The notes beneath the pieces were generated by a model, which did not search any database, was not told the DNA's origin, and was given only the letters and a program-made list of their open reading frames with translations. DNA of 58,845 nt from Pseudomonas sp. (lineage in GTDB: Bacteria > Pseudomonadota > Gammaproteobacteria > Pseudomonadales > Pseudomonadaceae), in assembly GCA_041621875.1 (NCBI GenBank), contig JBFJZW010000001.1, forward strand, positions 1 through 58,845, written 5' to 3'. Both the position numbers and the translations under genes were made by a program. Shown here piece after piece: positions 30,883 to 39,288 of the stretch. The stretch's first letter is position 1. Every line of letters begins with the position of its first letter.

Positions 30883-31997
30883 GCGCTGTCTCCCTGGGCG
30901 CAGCCCTGCAAGATAAGACTGGCGTTATTACCGCCAAAGCCGAAGAAGTTGGTCAGCAGTAGGCTATCTGCCGCCAGGTGCTGTGGTTCAGCGCTTAATG
31001 GCAGCATGGCTTGGTCGGCGTAGCTCACAGCGGGCAATGGGCCGCTTTGCAGGGCCTTGAGCAGCAGCAGGCTTTCACTTAATCCACAGGCCCCCAGGGT
31101 ATGGCCGAGCCAGGGTTTGAGCAGGCTTAGCGCCGGCATCTGTTCGCCGTAGAGCAGGCGCATGCCGTTGCTTTCGGCTTCATCATTGGCGCTGGTGGCG
31201 GTGCCGTGCAGTTTCACCAGGTCGATCTGCTCGGCACCGCAGGCGGCGCTGTGCAGGGCCTGTTGCATCACCCAATGGATATGGCTGCCATCTTCGCGGG
31301 TGGTGGTCAGGCTGCTGGTGTCGCAGGCACTAAAGCCGCCGAGCAGGCGCGCCAGTGGTGCTTCACCGGGTTCGCGGCCGAGCAGCACGGCGGCATAGGC
31401 TTCGCCCAGCAGCAGGCCATCACGCTCGGGGTGAAACGGGCGGTACTGGCCGCTGGGGCTGGTCAGCATCAGCGCGCCGAAACCCTGCATGGCGATGGCG
31501 CTGGGTGTCTCGAAACTCAGCACCAGGGCGCGGGCGTACTGACCGGTGTTGAGCAGTCGGGCAGCGTACAGCAGGCCGTTGGCGGCGCTGGTGCAGGCGG
31601 TGTTCAGGGTAAAGGCGGCGGCAAAACCCCAGCGCTGGCGCAGCTGGCTGGCGAGCAGATCCAGCGGCGTCGAATCTTCCGGGTGAAAGCTCTGTTGTCG
31701 GCTGGTCAGGGCTTCCAGTTCGCTGATATCCAGGCTGGTGCTGGCGACTATCAGCAGGCAGTCATCCAGGGCCTGGGGCTGGGTACCGAGGGTTTCGCCC
31801 AGCAGGCGATGCAGACGCTCATTCAGGCTTTCGCCGGTTCTAGCGGTGTACAGATAGCGCCGCGGTTCCTGCACCTCATGCAGCACAAAGGGCTCGCCCT
31901 GTGGCGGCTGGCCGGCCTGCAGGGCGCGGGCGGCGCTGTGCAGGTTATCGCCCAGGGCGCAGTGCAGGGCGGCGCGTTGCAGGTAGATCGGGGTCAC
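30879..31997 (-). CDS. Beta-ketoacyl-ACP synthase (FabF-like, Cys-His-His)
   Basis: GTG start overlaps the ACP stop; NTACTSA, KLHGTAT.AND, KPWLGHTLGA and FGFGGNN motifs. Confidence 0.9.
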   Translation of the reverse strand: MTPIYLQRAALHCALGDNLHSAARALQAGQPPQGEPFVLHEVQEPRRYLYTARTGESLNERLHRLLGETLGTQPQALDDCLLIVASTSLDISELEALTSRQQSFHPEDSTPLDLLASQLRQRWGFAAAFTLNTACTSAANGLLYAARLLNTGQYARALVLSFETPSAIAMQGFGALMLTSPSGQYRPFHPERDGLLLGEAYAAVLLGREPGEAPLARLLGGFSACDTSSLTTTREDGSHIHWVMQQALHSAACGAEQIDLVKLHGTATSANDEAESNGMRLLYGEQMPALSLLKPWLGHTLGACGLSESLLLLKALQSGPLPAVSYADQAMLPLSAEPQHLAADSLLLTNFFGFGGNNASLILQGCAQGDSA

Positions 31998-32260
31998 TGC
32001 TGCTGCCGGATATAGGCGGCAATGCTGGCGATGCTGCCGAGGATACGGCGGCCGTCCTTGGCCCCTTCGATACGCACGCCGTAGTGCTGTTGCAGCGCCA
32101 GGGAGACCTGCAGGGCATCCAGGCTGTCCATGGCGATACGGCTTTTCGCGCCGAACAGCGGTTCGTCGTCGCTGATGCTCTGCCAGTCGATATCGTCTTC
32201 CTTGTCGCACTCGCGGATCAGCAGTTGTTTGAGTTGTTGTTCTAGTAGTGAGTGGTCCAT
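31994..32260 (-). CDS. Acyl carrier protein (DarC-like)
   Basis: 88 aa acidic protein with the phosphopantetheine motif MDSLDAL. Confidence 0.9.
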   Translation of the reverse strand: MDHSLLEQQLKQLLIRECDKEDDIDWQSISDDEPLFGAKSRIAMDSLDALQVSLALQQHYGVRIEGAKDGRRILGSIASIAAYIRQQQ

Positions 32261-33426
32261 TGCGTGCGCTGTACTCGTCGGGTGAACAGAAGCAGCCCGG
32301 CCACGCCGCACAGCGCTGCAAACAGCAGCAGGCGCGCGCAGTAGGGGGCGATGTCGGCCAGTGAGCCGTGGCCCACCAGCAGGGTGAGAAAGGCGTCCAG
32401 CGCCCAGCTCATGGGGGAGATTTCCGCCAGCTGGGCCATGGCCGCCGGCATCACGCTTTTCGGCACCATGATCCCGCCGATGGCGGCGAGGAGGATATTG
32501 ATGCCGCCGCCGAGCAATAGCGCCTGTTCGCTGCTACGCGCCAATGCGGCGAGCAGCAAGCCCAGGCTGCAGGTGGCCAGGGCGATGCTGATGGCCAATA
32601 GCGGGTAGGCCACGGCGCTGCCGGGCAGGCTTAGCGCTGGCAGGCCAAGCAGCGGCAGGCCATAGACGCCGATACCCAGCAGCAGAACGAACTGCAGCAG
32701 ATTGATCGCCAGATAAGGCAGCAGCTTGCTTAGCACCAGGGTGCCGAGGTTCAGCCCCAGGCAACGCAGGCGCAGCAAGGTGCCGCTCTTCTGCTCGCGC
32801 TGAAAGCCACCGGCCATGGGCAGCACCACGAAGAACATGCCGAAGATCAGCCAGGCCGGCACGCTCAACTGGGTAGCGTTGGCGCGGCCGCTAAGGTCGC
32901 CGCTGGCCAGTTGCTCCTGCTCATCGATCCGGCTCTGGGTGCGTTGCTGCACCAGTTGCAGGCGCTCGGCGCGGCTCAGTTCGGCATCGACCACGCCGCT
33001 GTCTTCCAGGTAGGCCAGCAGCCGGGTCTGCGCCAGGGCGATGCTGACCGCGCTATGCAGGCGTTGGCGCGACAGCTTGTCGAACTGTGCCGGGAAACTC
33101 AGGCTCGGCCCCTGGTGCGGGCTATCCAGCAGCTTGTCGGAGAAGTCTGCGGGCAGGCGCACCCGCGCCAGGCGTTCGTCGCTGTCTGCGAGCAGCTGAC
33201 TGTCTGCCAGTTGTGCCTGCAGGGCGTCACGGAAGAACTGGCTGGCGTCGTCGTGCGGCGCTTCGATAATCAGACGCAGCGCCGGCGGTTTGTCCTGCAT
33301 ATAGCTGGACATGGCCCCGGCCATCAGCAGCAGAAACAGGGTCGGCATGATAAACAGCACGGCCAGGGCATGGGGGTCGCGCAGCAGCAACAGCACTTCC
33401 TTGCGCGCCAGGGCCCAGAGCCTCAT
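32242..33426 (-). CDS. ABC-2 type exporter permease
   Basis: KE..LLLRD, one N-terminal TM, periplasmic loop, VPAWLIFGMFF, REQKSGTL.RL and GGIMVP. Confidence 0.9.
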   Translation of the reverse strand: MRLWALARKEVLLLLRDPHALAVLFIMPTLFLLLMAGAMSSYMQDKPPALRLIIEAPHDDASQFFRDALQAQLADSQLLADSDERLARVRLPADFSDKLLDSPHQGPSLSFPAQFDKLSRQRLHSAVSIALAQTRLLAYLEDSGVVDAELSRAERLQLVQQRTQSRIDEQEQLASGDLSGRANATQLSVPAWLIFGMFFVVLPMAGGFQREQKSGTLLRLRCLGLNLGTLVLSKLLPYLAINLLQFVLLLGIGVYGLPLLGLPALSLPGSAVAYPLLAISIALATCSLGLLLAALARSSEQALLLGGGINILLAAIGGIMVPKSVMPAAMAQLAEISPMSWALDAFLTLLVGHGSLADIAPYCARLLLFAALCGVAGLLLFTRRVQRTQWTTHY

Positions 33427-34307
33427 AGCCGGCCTCCGTTAAGGCGCAGGTAGAGCTGCTCCAGTGAAGGGCGGCCAAAGCGCAGCAGATTGGGCAGGCC
33501 ATCCTGGCCGGCGACAAATTCCGTGATGGCGAGCAGCTGTTGGCCATTCAGGGCTGCGATGCGCAGACCCTTGGGCAGGGCTTCGGCGGTCAGTTGCAGG
33601 TGTGCGAGCAGCTGGTTAAGGCCGGCGGGTGGCGCGTCCGGCCATTCCAGCAGCAGGCCGTGGTCGTCGCCAAGTAGCTGGCGTTTGTCCAGATCCAGGC
33701 GCACCTGGCCTTCATGCAGCAACAGAATGCGCTGCGCCACTCGTTCGACTTCTTCAAGGTAATGACTGGTGTAGATCACCGCCTTGCCCTCGGCGGTCAG
33801 CTGCTCCACGGCGGCCAGCAAGTGCTGACGACTCGCCGCATCGACGCCCACGGTGGCTTCATCGAACAGATAAAGCTCGGCCGGTTGCAGCAGGCCGATG
33901 GCAAAATTCAAGCGCCGCTGTTCGCCGCCGGAGAGTTGTTCGCTGCGCCGCGTCAGCTTGTCTTCCAAGGCGCAGATAGCGATGCACTGCTGCAGGCGCT
34001 GACGGCGTTCGGCACCGCGCAGGCGATACAGGTCGGCAAACAGGTCGAGGTTCTCGCCTACCTTGAGCCCGGCATAGAAGGCCAGCTGCTGCGGTACCAG
34101 ACCGAGCCTGGGTTGGCCGTCCCAGCGCAGCTCGCCCTGTTGCAGCGCCAGCACGCCGCTCAGCAGGGACAGTAGGGTGGTCTTGCCGGCACCATTGCTG
34201 CCCAGCAGGCCGAGGCATTCGCCAGCCTGCAGCTGCAGATCGATGTCCTGCAGCGCGGCGCGGCTGGTGCCGGGGTAGCTGTGACCGACGTGGCGCAGTT
34301 CAAGCAT
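33423..34307 (-). CDS. ABC exporter ATP-binding protein
   Basis: Walker A GSNGAGKT, signature LSGGE, Walker B LFDE..VGVD and H-loop TSHY. Confidence 0.93.
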   Translation of the reverse strand: MLELRHVGHSYPGTSRAALQDIDLQLQAGECLGLLGSNGAGKTTLLSLLSGVLALQQGELRWDGQPRLGLVPQQLAFYAGLKVGENLDLFADLYRLRGAERRQRLQQCIAICALEDKLTRRSEQLSGGEQRRLNFAIGLLQPAELYLFDEATVGVDAASRQHLLAAVEQLTAEGKAVIYTSHYLEEVERVAQRILLLHEGQVRLDLDKRQLLGDDHGLLLEWPDAPPAGLNQLLAHLQLTAEALPKGLRIAALNGQQLLAITEFVAGQDGLPNLLRFGRPSLEQLYLRLNGGRL

Positions 34308-34707
34308 GGATCAACACCAGCAGCAGCTTGCCGTCGAGCAGCAGGCGTTGCTCACTGTGGATACTGAAGGCATACAGTGCGCCGGCCGGACTTAGCGCCT
34401 CCTGCTGGGCGCTGACCTGTAGTACGCCACTGCGTTGCGCCGGTTCATGGTGCAGCTGCAACTGCGAGAGCTTGCCGACCAGGGCCATTTCAATGGCGCT
34501 GGCATCGCCGTATAGGGCACCATGCGCGGCGCACAACTGAGCGGCCGCTTCGAACAGCAGGCAGGGCGAGGCGTCACTGCCAAAGGCATCCAGATAGTGC
34601 CAGGCACTCAGGCCCTGAATGCTCAGGCTGTCATGCGCCAACAGGTCATCCAGCCAGAGGGCCGGGCCTTGGTGGGGCAGCAGGCTGTGCAGTTGGGAGC
34701 GATCCAT
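34300..34707 (-). CDS. Hotdog-fold 3-hydroxyacyl-ACP dehydratase-like protein (FabZ/ApeP-like)
   Basis: 135 aa; LLPH.G...LD and FEAAAQ motifs. Confidence 0.75.
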   Translation of the reverse strand: MDRSQLHSLLPHQGPALWLDDLLAHDSLSIQGLSAWHYLDAFGSDASPCLLFEAAAQLCAAHGALYGDASAIEMALVGKLSQLQLHHEPAQRSGVLQVSAQQEALSPAGALYAFSIHSEQRLLLDGKLLLVLIHA

Positions 34708-34782
34708 TGCGGGCGGCCGAGATAAACAGGCCGGCAGTGTAACAGAGGGCTACAGGTCAGGCAGCGCCTGGCCTTGACGGGC

Positions 34783-34840
34783 TAACAGGCCGTTTTTAAC
34801 GCAGGATTGCCCACACAGGTAGTTTTTCAACGGCCTGCTA
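34783..34840 (-). mobile_element. Internally deleted MITE-like repeat
   Basis: Terminal inverted repeats TAACAGGCCGTT / AACGGCCTGCTA (11 of 12 complementary); the minus strand contains CTGCGTTAAAAAC, shared with 54206-54218. Confidence 0.6.
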
Positions 34841-34864
34841 ACGGGCGGGGGTGGAGAGGGCTTT

Positions 34865-35419
34865 ATGGCGTGGTTGCAGGGGTTGGCTTTTGTGCTGGGC
34901 ACGCTGATGCTGCTGGCGCTGTCCTGGCGGGCGTTGCGCCGCCCGCAGTCCCATGGCTTCTACCGCTTCTTCGCCTGGGAGGCGATTCTGGCCTTGCTGG
35001 TGCTTAATGGGCCGGTCTGGTTTGTCGACCGTTTTGCCCTGCACCAGCGCCTGTCCTGGCTGCTGTTATTCGCGTCCCTGCTGCTGCTGTTTGCCGGCCT
35101 TTATCAGCTACGGCGCATGGGTCGCCCCGATGGGCAGCGTACGGACGCCGAGCTGTTCGCCTTCGAGCGCACCTCGCAACTGGTGACCAGCGGCATCTTC
35201 CGCCTGATCCGCCACCCGCTGTATGCCTCGCTGCTGTTGCTGGCCTGGGGCGTGGCCTGCAAGCAACCCAATGGCCTGAGCCTGGTCCTGGCGCTGCTGG
35301 CCAGCCTGGCGCTGTGGCTGACCGCCAAGCGCGACGAGGCCGAGTGTTTGCAGCAGTTTGGCGAGGCGTACCGCGACTATATGCAGCGCAGCAGGATGTT
35401 TATTCCCTGGGTCTTCTAA
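34865..35419 (+). CDS. Isoprenylcysteine carboxyl-methyltransferase (ICMT/PEMT) family membrane methyltransferase
   Basis: Several TM segments; LVTSGIFRLIRHPLY and DE..C...FGEAY..Y...FIP. Confidence 0.85.
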   Translation: MAWLQGLAFVLGTLMLLALSWRALRRPQSHGFYRFFAWEAILALLVLNGPVWFVDRFALHQRLSWLLLFASLLLLFAGLYQLRRMGRPDGQRTDAELFAFERTSQLVTSGIFRLIRHPLYASLLLLAWGVACKQPNGLSLVLALLASLALWLTAKRDEAECLQQFGEAYRDYMQRSRMFIPWVF

Positions 35420-35433
35420 GCCCAAACTCTGTT

Positions 35434-35493
35434 GTAGGGTGCGCCGTGCGCACCGCTCAGCCACGCTGCTGGTGCACACGGTGTTCAGCCTAC
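35434..35493. repeat. Degenerate REP doublet (GTAG type)
   Basis: GTAGGGTGCG-CCGTG-CGCACC ... GGTGCACACGGTGTTCAGCCTAC between convergent genes. Confidence 0.7.
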
Positions 35494-35511
35494 TGAGGCG
35501 GCCTCTAAGCC

Positions 35512-35946
35512 TCACTCCCAGCTTAGTCGCGCCAGCTTCCACTCATCGCCTTCCAGCCACCATTCCAGCTTCACGCTGTAGTGGCGCGCGCTGTCGGGGA
35601 TCAGGCCTTCGGCACCGGTCAGGCCAACCTGGGCCTCGCTGTGGCCTTTTTCGCGGTAGGTCGCGTCGAGGTAGCTGTTCTTGCTCAGGGCCAGCACCTT
35701 GATGTTCTTGTGGCGCATAAACAGCAGCAACATGGTGCGCTGCGCCCATTCGCGGTCGAACTCGCCCTGGGCCGTGAACTGCGGGTGCAACTGGTCGAGC
35801 ACGGCGCTGTTTTTCTTCGCTTGCAGGTTGTCCTGCAGCTGTTGCACCGCGGCTTCCAGTGCCGCCTGCGGGTCGTCCTTGCCGCCGCAGCCGGCGAGCA
35901 GGGTGCAAAACACCAGGAAAGCCAGGGCAATTATCCTTGTTGGCAT
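35512..35946 (-). CDS. Hypothetical lipoprotein
   Basis: AAGGAG RBS before MPTRII; lipobox LAGC; ends W..EGDEWKL (possibly NTF2-like). Confidence 0.75.
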   Translation of the reverse strand: MPTRIIALAFLVFCTLLAGCGGKDDPQAALEAAVQQLQDNLQAKKNSAVLDQLHPQFTAQGEFDREWAQRTMLLLFMRHKNIKVLALSKNSYLDATYREKGHSEAQVGLTGAEGLIPDSARHYSVKLEWWLEGDEWKLARLSWE

Positions 35947-36055
35947 GCTGAACTCCTTTTTCATGGTTATGATGCCCGGCAGAGCGTTAAATGGTTGCGA
36001 CAGGCGGATGACCTGCGCGAAGCAGTGACGCTACGCATCAATTCAGGAGCATGCC

Positions 36056-37027
36056 ATGCAGACCTTGTATCCGGAAATTAAACCCCATGCCCGTCATGAA
36101 CTGGCGGTGCAGGAACCGCACGTGCTCTATGTCGACGAAAGCGGTTCGCCGGATGGTCTGCCTGTGGTGTTTATCCATGGCGGCCCGGGGGCCGGTTGCG
36201 ATGCCGCCAGCCGCCGTTATTTCGATCCCAACCTGTACCGTATCGTCACCTTCGACCAGCGTGGCTGTGGCCGTTCCACGCCCCACGCCAGCCTGGAAAA
36301 CAATACGACTCAAGCGCTGATCGAGGACATGGAGCTTATTCGCGAGCATCTGGGTATCGACAAGTGGGTGCTGTTCGGCGGCTCCTGGGGCTCGACCCTG
36401 GCCCTGGCCTACGCCCAGGCCCATCCGCAGCGGGTGCATGGGCTGATCCTGCGCGGCATCTTCCTCTGCCGGCCGCAGGAGTTCGACTGGTTCTACCAGG
36501 AAGGGGCCAGCCGCCTGTTCCCCGACTTCTGGGAGGACTACATCGCGCCTATCCCCGTGGATGAGCGCGGTAATCTGATGCAGGCCTTCTACAAGCGCCT
36601 GACCGGTCCCGATCAGATCGCCCAGATGCATGCGGCCAAGGCCTGGTCGACCTGGGAAGGCCGCACTGCCACCCTGCGGCCCAACCCGCAGGTGGTCGAC
36701 CGCTTTAGCGACAGTCACCGGGCGCTGTCGATTGCTCGGATCGAATGCCACTACTTCGTCAACAATGCCTTCCTGGAACAGGATCAACTGCTGCGCGATA
36801 TGCCGAAGATCGCCCATCTGCCCGGGGTCATAGTGCACGGCCGCTACGACGTGATCTGCCCCCTGGACAACGCCTGGGCGCTGCACCAGGCCTGGCCCAA
36901 CAGCGAGCTGCAGATCATCCGCGATGCCGGTCATTCGGCGGCTGAAACCGGGATCATCGATGCTCTGGTTCGGGCCGCGGACGAACTGGCCCATCGCCTG
37001 CTCAACCTGGCCCCGGACGAAGCATGA
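36056..37027 (+). CDS. pip: Proline iminopeptidase
   Basis: HGGPG, DQRGCG, GGSWG, GRYD and AGHS motifs. Confidence 0.96.
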   Translation: MQTLYPEIKPHARHELAVQEPHVLYVDESGSPDGLPVVFIHGGPGAGCDAASRRYFDPNLYRIVTFDQRGCGRSTPHASLENNTTQALIEDMELIREHLGIDKWVLFGGSWGSTLALAYAQAHPQRVHGLILRGIFLCRPQEFDWFYQEGASRLFPDFWEDYIAPIPVDERGNLMQAFYKRLTGPDQIAQMHAAKAWSTWEGRTATLRPNPQVVDRFSDSHRALSIARIECHYFVNNAFLEQDQLLRDMPKIAHLPGVIVHGRYDVICPLDNAWALHQAWPNSELQIIRDAGHSAAETGIIDALVRAADELAHRLLNLAPDEA

Positions 37028-37461
37028 AGGCACTGATTCAGCGCGTACGCGGTGCGCGGGTGGAAGTGGCGGGCGAGGTGGTCGGCTCCATCGATCAGGG
37101 CCTGCTGGTACTGGTCGGCGTCGAACCCCAGGACACCCCGGCCAGCGTCGAAAAGATCCTGCACAAGCTGCTCAACTACCGGGTGTTCAGCGACGATGCG
37201 GGCAAGATGAACCTGTCGCTCAGCGATGTTAGCGGCGGCCTGCTGCTTGTGTCGCAGTTCACCCTGGCCGCCGATACTAGGAGCGGCCTGCGTCCAAGTT
37301 TCTCCAGCGCCGCACCGCCGGCCCTCGGGGCCGAGCTGTTCGACCTGCTGGTGACCCAGGCGCGCGTCAGGCATCCGCAGGTCGCCACCGGCCAGTTCGG
37401 TGCCGATATGCAGGTGCATCTGGTCAATGACGGGCCGGTGACCTTTCTGCTGGAAAGCTGA
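37024..37461 (+). CDS. dtd: D-aminoacyl-tRNA deacylase
   Basis: QRV, SQFTL and NDGPVT motifs. Confidence 0.97.
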   Translation: MKALIQRVRGARVEVAGEVVGSIDQGLLVLVGVEPQDTPASVEKILHKLLNYRVFSDDAGKMNLSLSDVSGGLLLVSQFTLAADTRSGLRPSFSSAAPPALGAELFDLLVTQARVRHPQVATGQFGADMQVHLVNDGPVTFLLES

Positions 37462-37493
37462 GCCGGCGTTGATCTGCCTGTGCGGCGTGAGCT

Positions 37494-38000
37494 TCAGCTT
37501 CTGGCGTCTTGCGCGGGTTGCCTGCCGTGCGCCGCACTAGCGGTTTTGGTTTGGCCAATCAGCTCGCCGGCGTACAGCGCCCAGAGGATGATCAGTGGCT
37601 GGCAAGGCAGGCGCAGCCAGTAGTACCAGGTCGCCGCTGGCAGCCCTTCAACCTGCAGTCCATCCAGGGCGTTCTTGATATTGGCCGGGAAAACGCAGAC
37701 GAAATAAATCGCCAGAGCAATGGCGGCATAGCGTCTGAAACGTGGCAGCAGCAGGCCGATCGCACCTGCCAGTTCGCACAGGCCAGTGAAGAGCACCAGT
37801 TGCAAGGGGTAGGGCAGGTAGCCCGGCATCATGGCCAGGTAGCGCTCGGGCGTCAGCAGGTGGTCGGTGCCAGCCATCAGCAGCGCCACGGCCATGGCCA
37901 GGCGCATGCGCTGGGGCCAGTCGGCCACGCCAGGGACGCCGCAGCGGTGAGCCAATGCGGCCATTACAGTCAGGCTGAGCAACAGGGCGATAAATAGCAT
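37494..38000 (-). CDS. DoxX-like membrane protein
   Basis: G.DH, MMPGYLP, TG.CE.AGA.GLL, FPANI and WLRLP.Q motifs. Confidence 0.78.
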   Translation of the reverse strand: MLFIALLLSLTVMAALAHRCGVPGVADWPQRMRLAMAVALLMAGTDHLLTPERYLAMMPGYLPYPLQLVLFTGLCELAGAIGLLLPRFRRYAAIALAIYFVCVFPANIKNALDGLQVEGLPAATWYYWLRLPCQPLIILWALYAGELIGQTKTASAAHGRQPAQDARS

Positions 38001-38049
38001 GAGTCCTCCTTATGTGCCGGCTGGTAAGGCTAACCGAGCTCGCGGCATA

Positions 38050-38095
38050 ATGTGGGCGTTGTCAACATAGAAGAGGATGTTGCTAGTGTCAACAC
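38050..38095. promoter_or_regulatory. Two putative TetR operators
   Basis: ATGTGGGCGTTGTCAACAT (38050-38068) and ATGTTGCTAGTGTCAACAC (38077-38095) are both variants of ATGTTGACA-N-TGTCAACAT. Confidence 0.65.
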
Positions 38096-38658
38096 GCAAG
38101 CAGGAGCAGCCCTATCACCATGGTGAGCTGCGCAGTGCGCTAGTGCTCGCCGCAACCGAGCTGTTGGCTGAAGGCGGGCTGGCATCCATCAGCCTGCGCG
38201 AAGTCGCGCGTCGAGCGGGCGTTTCGCATAACGCGCCCTACCGGCATTTTGCCGACCGCGACAGCCTGCTGGCGTCTCTGGCAACCCAGGGGTTTGTGCA
38301 GTTGGGGCAGGAGATGGACCGGCAGTCTGGCGGGCTGGCCGAGCTGGGCCAGTGCTATGTGCGCTTCGCCCTGGCGCAGCCGGGGCATTTTGCGCTGATG
38401 TTCAGTGTCACCCTGGACAAGCGCCGCTATCCCGAGTTGCAGCAGGCCTCGGCGGCCTTGTATGCGCGCCTGGCCGCAGCGGTGCAGGTGGCCGCGCCAC
38501 AACACACTCAGCAGATCGCGACCCTGGCGGCATGGAGCCTGGTGCATGGCCTGGCTCACCTGCTGCAGGAGCAGCAACTGAGCGAGACCCTGGGAGCAGG
38601 GCAGGGCGCAGATGAATTGACTGAGCAGGTGACGCGGCTGTTCGTCAGCCTGCTCTAG
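38077..38658 (+). CDS. TetR/AcrR regulator with WHG-type C-terminus
   Basis: YHHGELR, SLREVARRAGVSHNAPYRHF and AWSLVHG motifs. The start could instead be GTG at 38086. Confidence 0.9.
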   Translation: MLLVSTRKQEQPYHHGELRSALVLAATELLAEGGLASISLREVARRAGVSHNAPYRHFADRDSLLASLATQGFVQLGQEMDRQSGGLAELGQCYVRFALAQPGHFALMFSVTLDKRRYPELQQASAALYARLAAAVQVAAPQHTQQIATLAAWSLVHGLAHLLQEQQLSETLGAGQGADELTEQVTRLFVSLL

Positions 38659-39242
38659 CGTCGCAGCGCTTCGGCGACGAAGTCCAGGCGATCCTGACCG
38701 AAGTGCATCTCGCTGCCGACAAAGAAGGTTGGTGCGCCGAACACGCCGCGCTTGATGGCTTCTTCGGTGGTGCTCTTTAGCCGTTCCTTGACGGCTTCAT
38801 CGTTGATCAGACGCTCGAACTCGACGGGGTCGAAGCCGGCGGCGCTAAGCACCTCGGCAACCACCTCGGGCTTGCCGAGGTTCTTCTGCTGCACCCACAG
38901 CGCCTCGAAGATGGTTTTTACATAGTGCTCGAAGCGCTCGCTGCCCTGGTAACCGGCTGCGCCGCGCATCAGCGTCAGGGTGTTGATCGGGAAGTGCGGG
39001 TTGAAGGCCAGCGGCACGCCGTAGCGGCTGGCGAAGCGCGCCAGGTCCTGCAGCATATAGCGACCCTTGGCCGGAATGCTCACCGGCGACTGGTTACCGG
39101 TGGCCTTGAACACGCCGCCGAGCAGCATCGGCCGCCAGACCATCTGCGCCCCCGCTTCGGCGGCAATACGCGGCAACTGGGTCCAGGCCAGGTAGCTGGT
39201 CGGGCTGCCGAAGTCGAAAAAGAATTCAACGGTTTTGCTCAT
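38655..39242 (-). CDS. 2-hydroxychromene-2-carboxylate isomerase / GST-kappa (DsbA-fold) protein
   Basis: FFFDFGSPTSY, GVFGAPTF and FGQDRL motifs. Confidence 0.9.
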   Translation of the reverse strand: MSKTVEFFFDFGSPTSYLAWTQLPRIAAEAGAQMVWRPMLLGGVFKATGNQSPVSIPAKGRYMLQDLARFASRYGVPLAFNPHFPINTLTLMRGAAGYQGSERFEHYVKTIFEALWVQQKNLGKPEVVAEVLSAAGFDPVEFERLINDEAVKERLKSTTEEAIKRGVFGAPTFFVGSEMHFGQDRLDFVAEALRR

Positions 39243-39288
39243 GGCATGCTCCTCTGGGAGGTCTTGTTATTGGGCGAGCGTGCAGTTG

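Noticed and set aside
26757-34707. Calling the cluster an aryl-polyene or flexirubin pigment cluster
   Set aside because: No adenylation enzyme, ketoreductase, ammonia lyase, glycosyltransferase, LolA-like or MMPL gene is in the window; only the DAR-type part is supported.
26282-35511. Integrative element or prophage boundaries around the dar cluster
   Set aside because: No integrase, transposase, tRNA or att-like direct repeats were seen.
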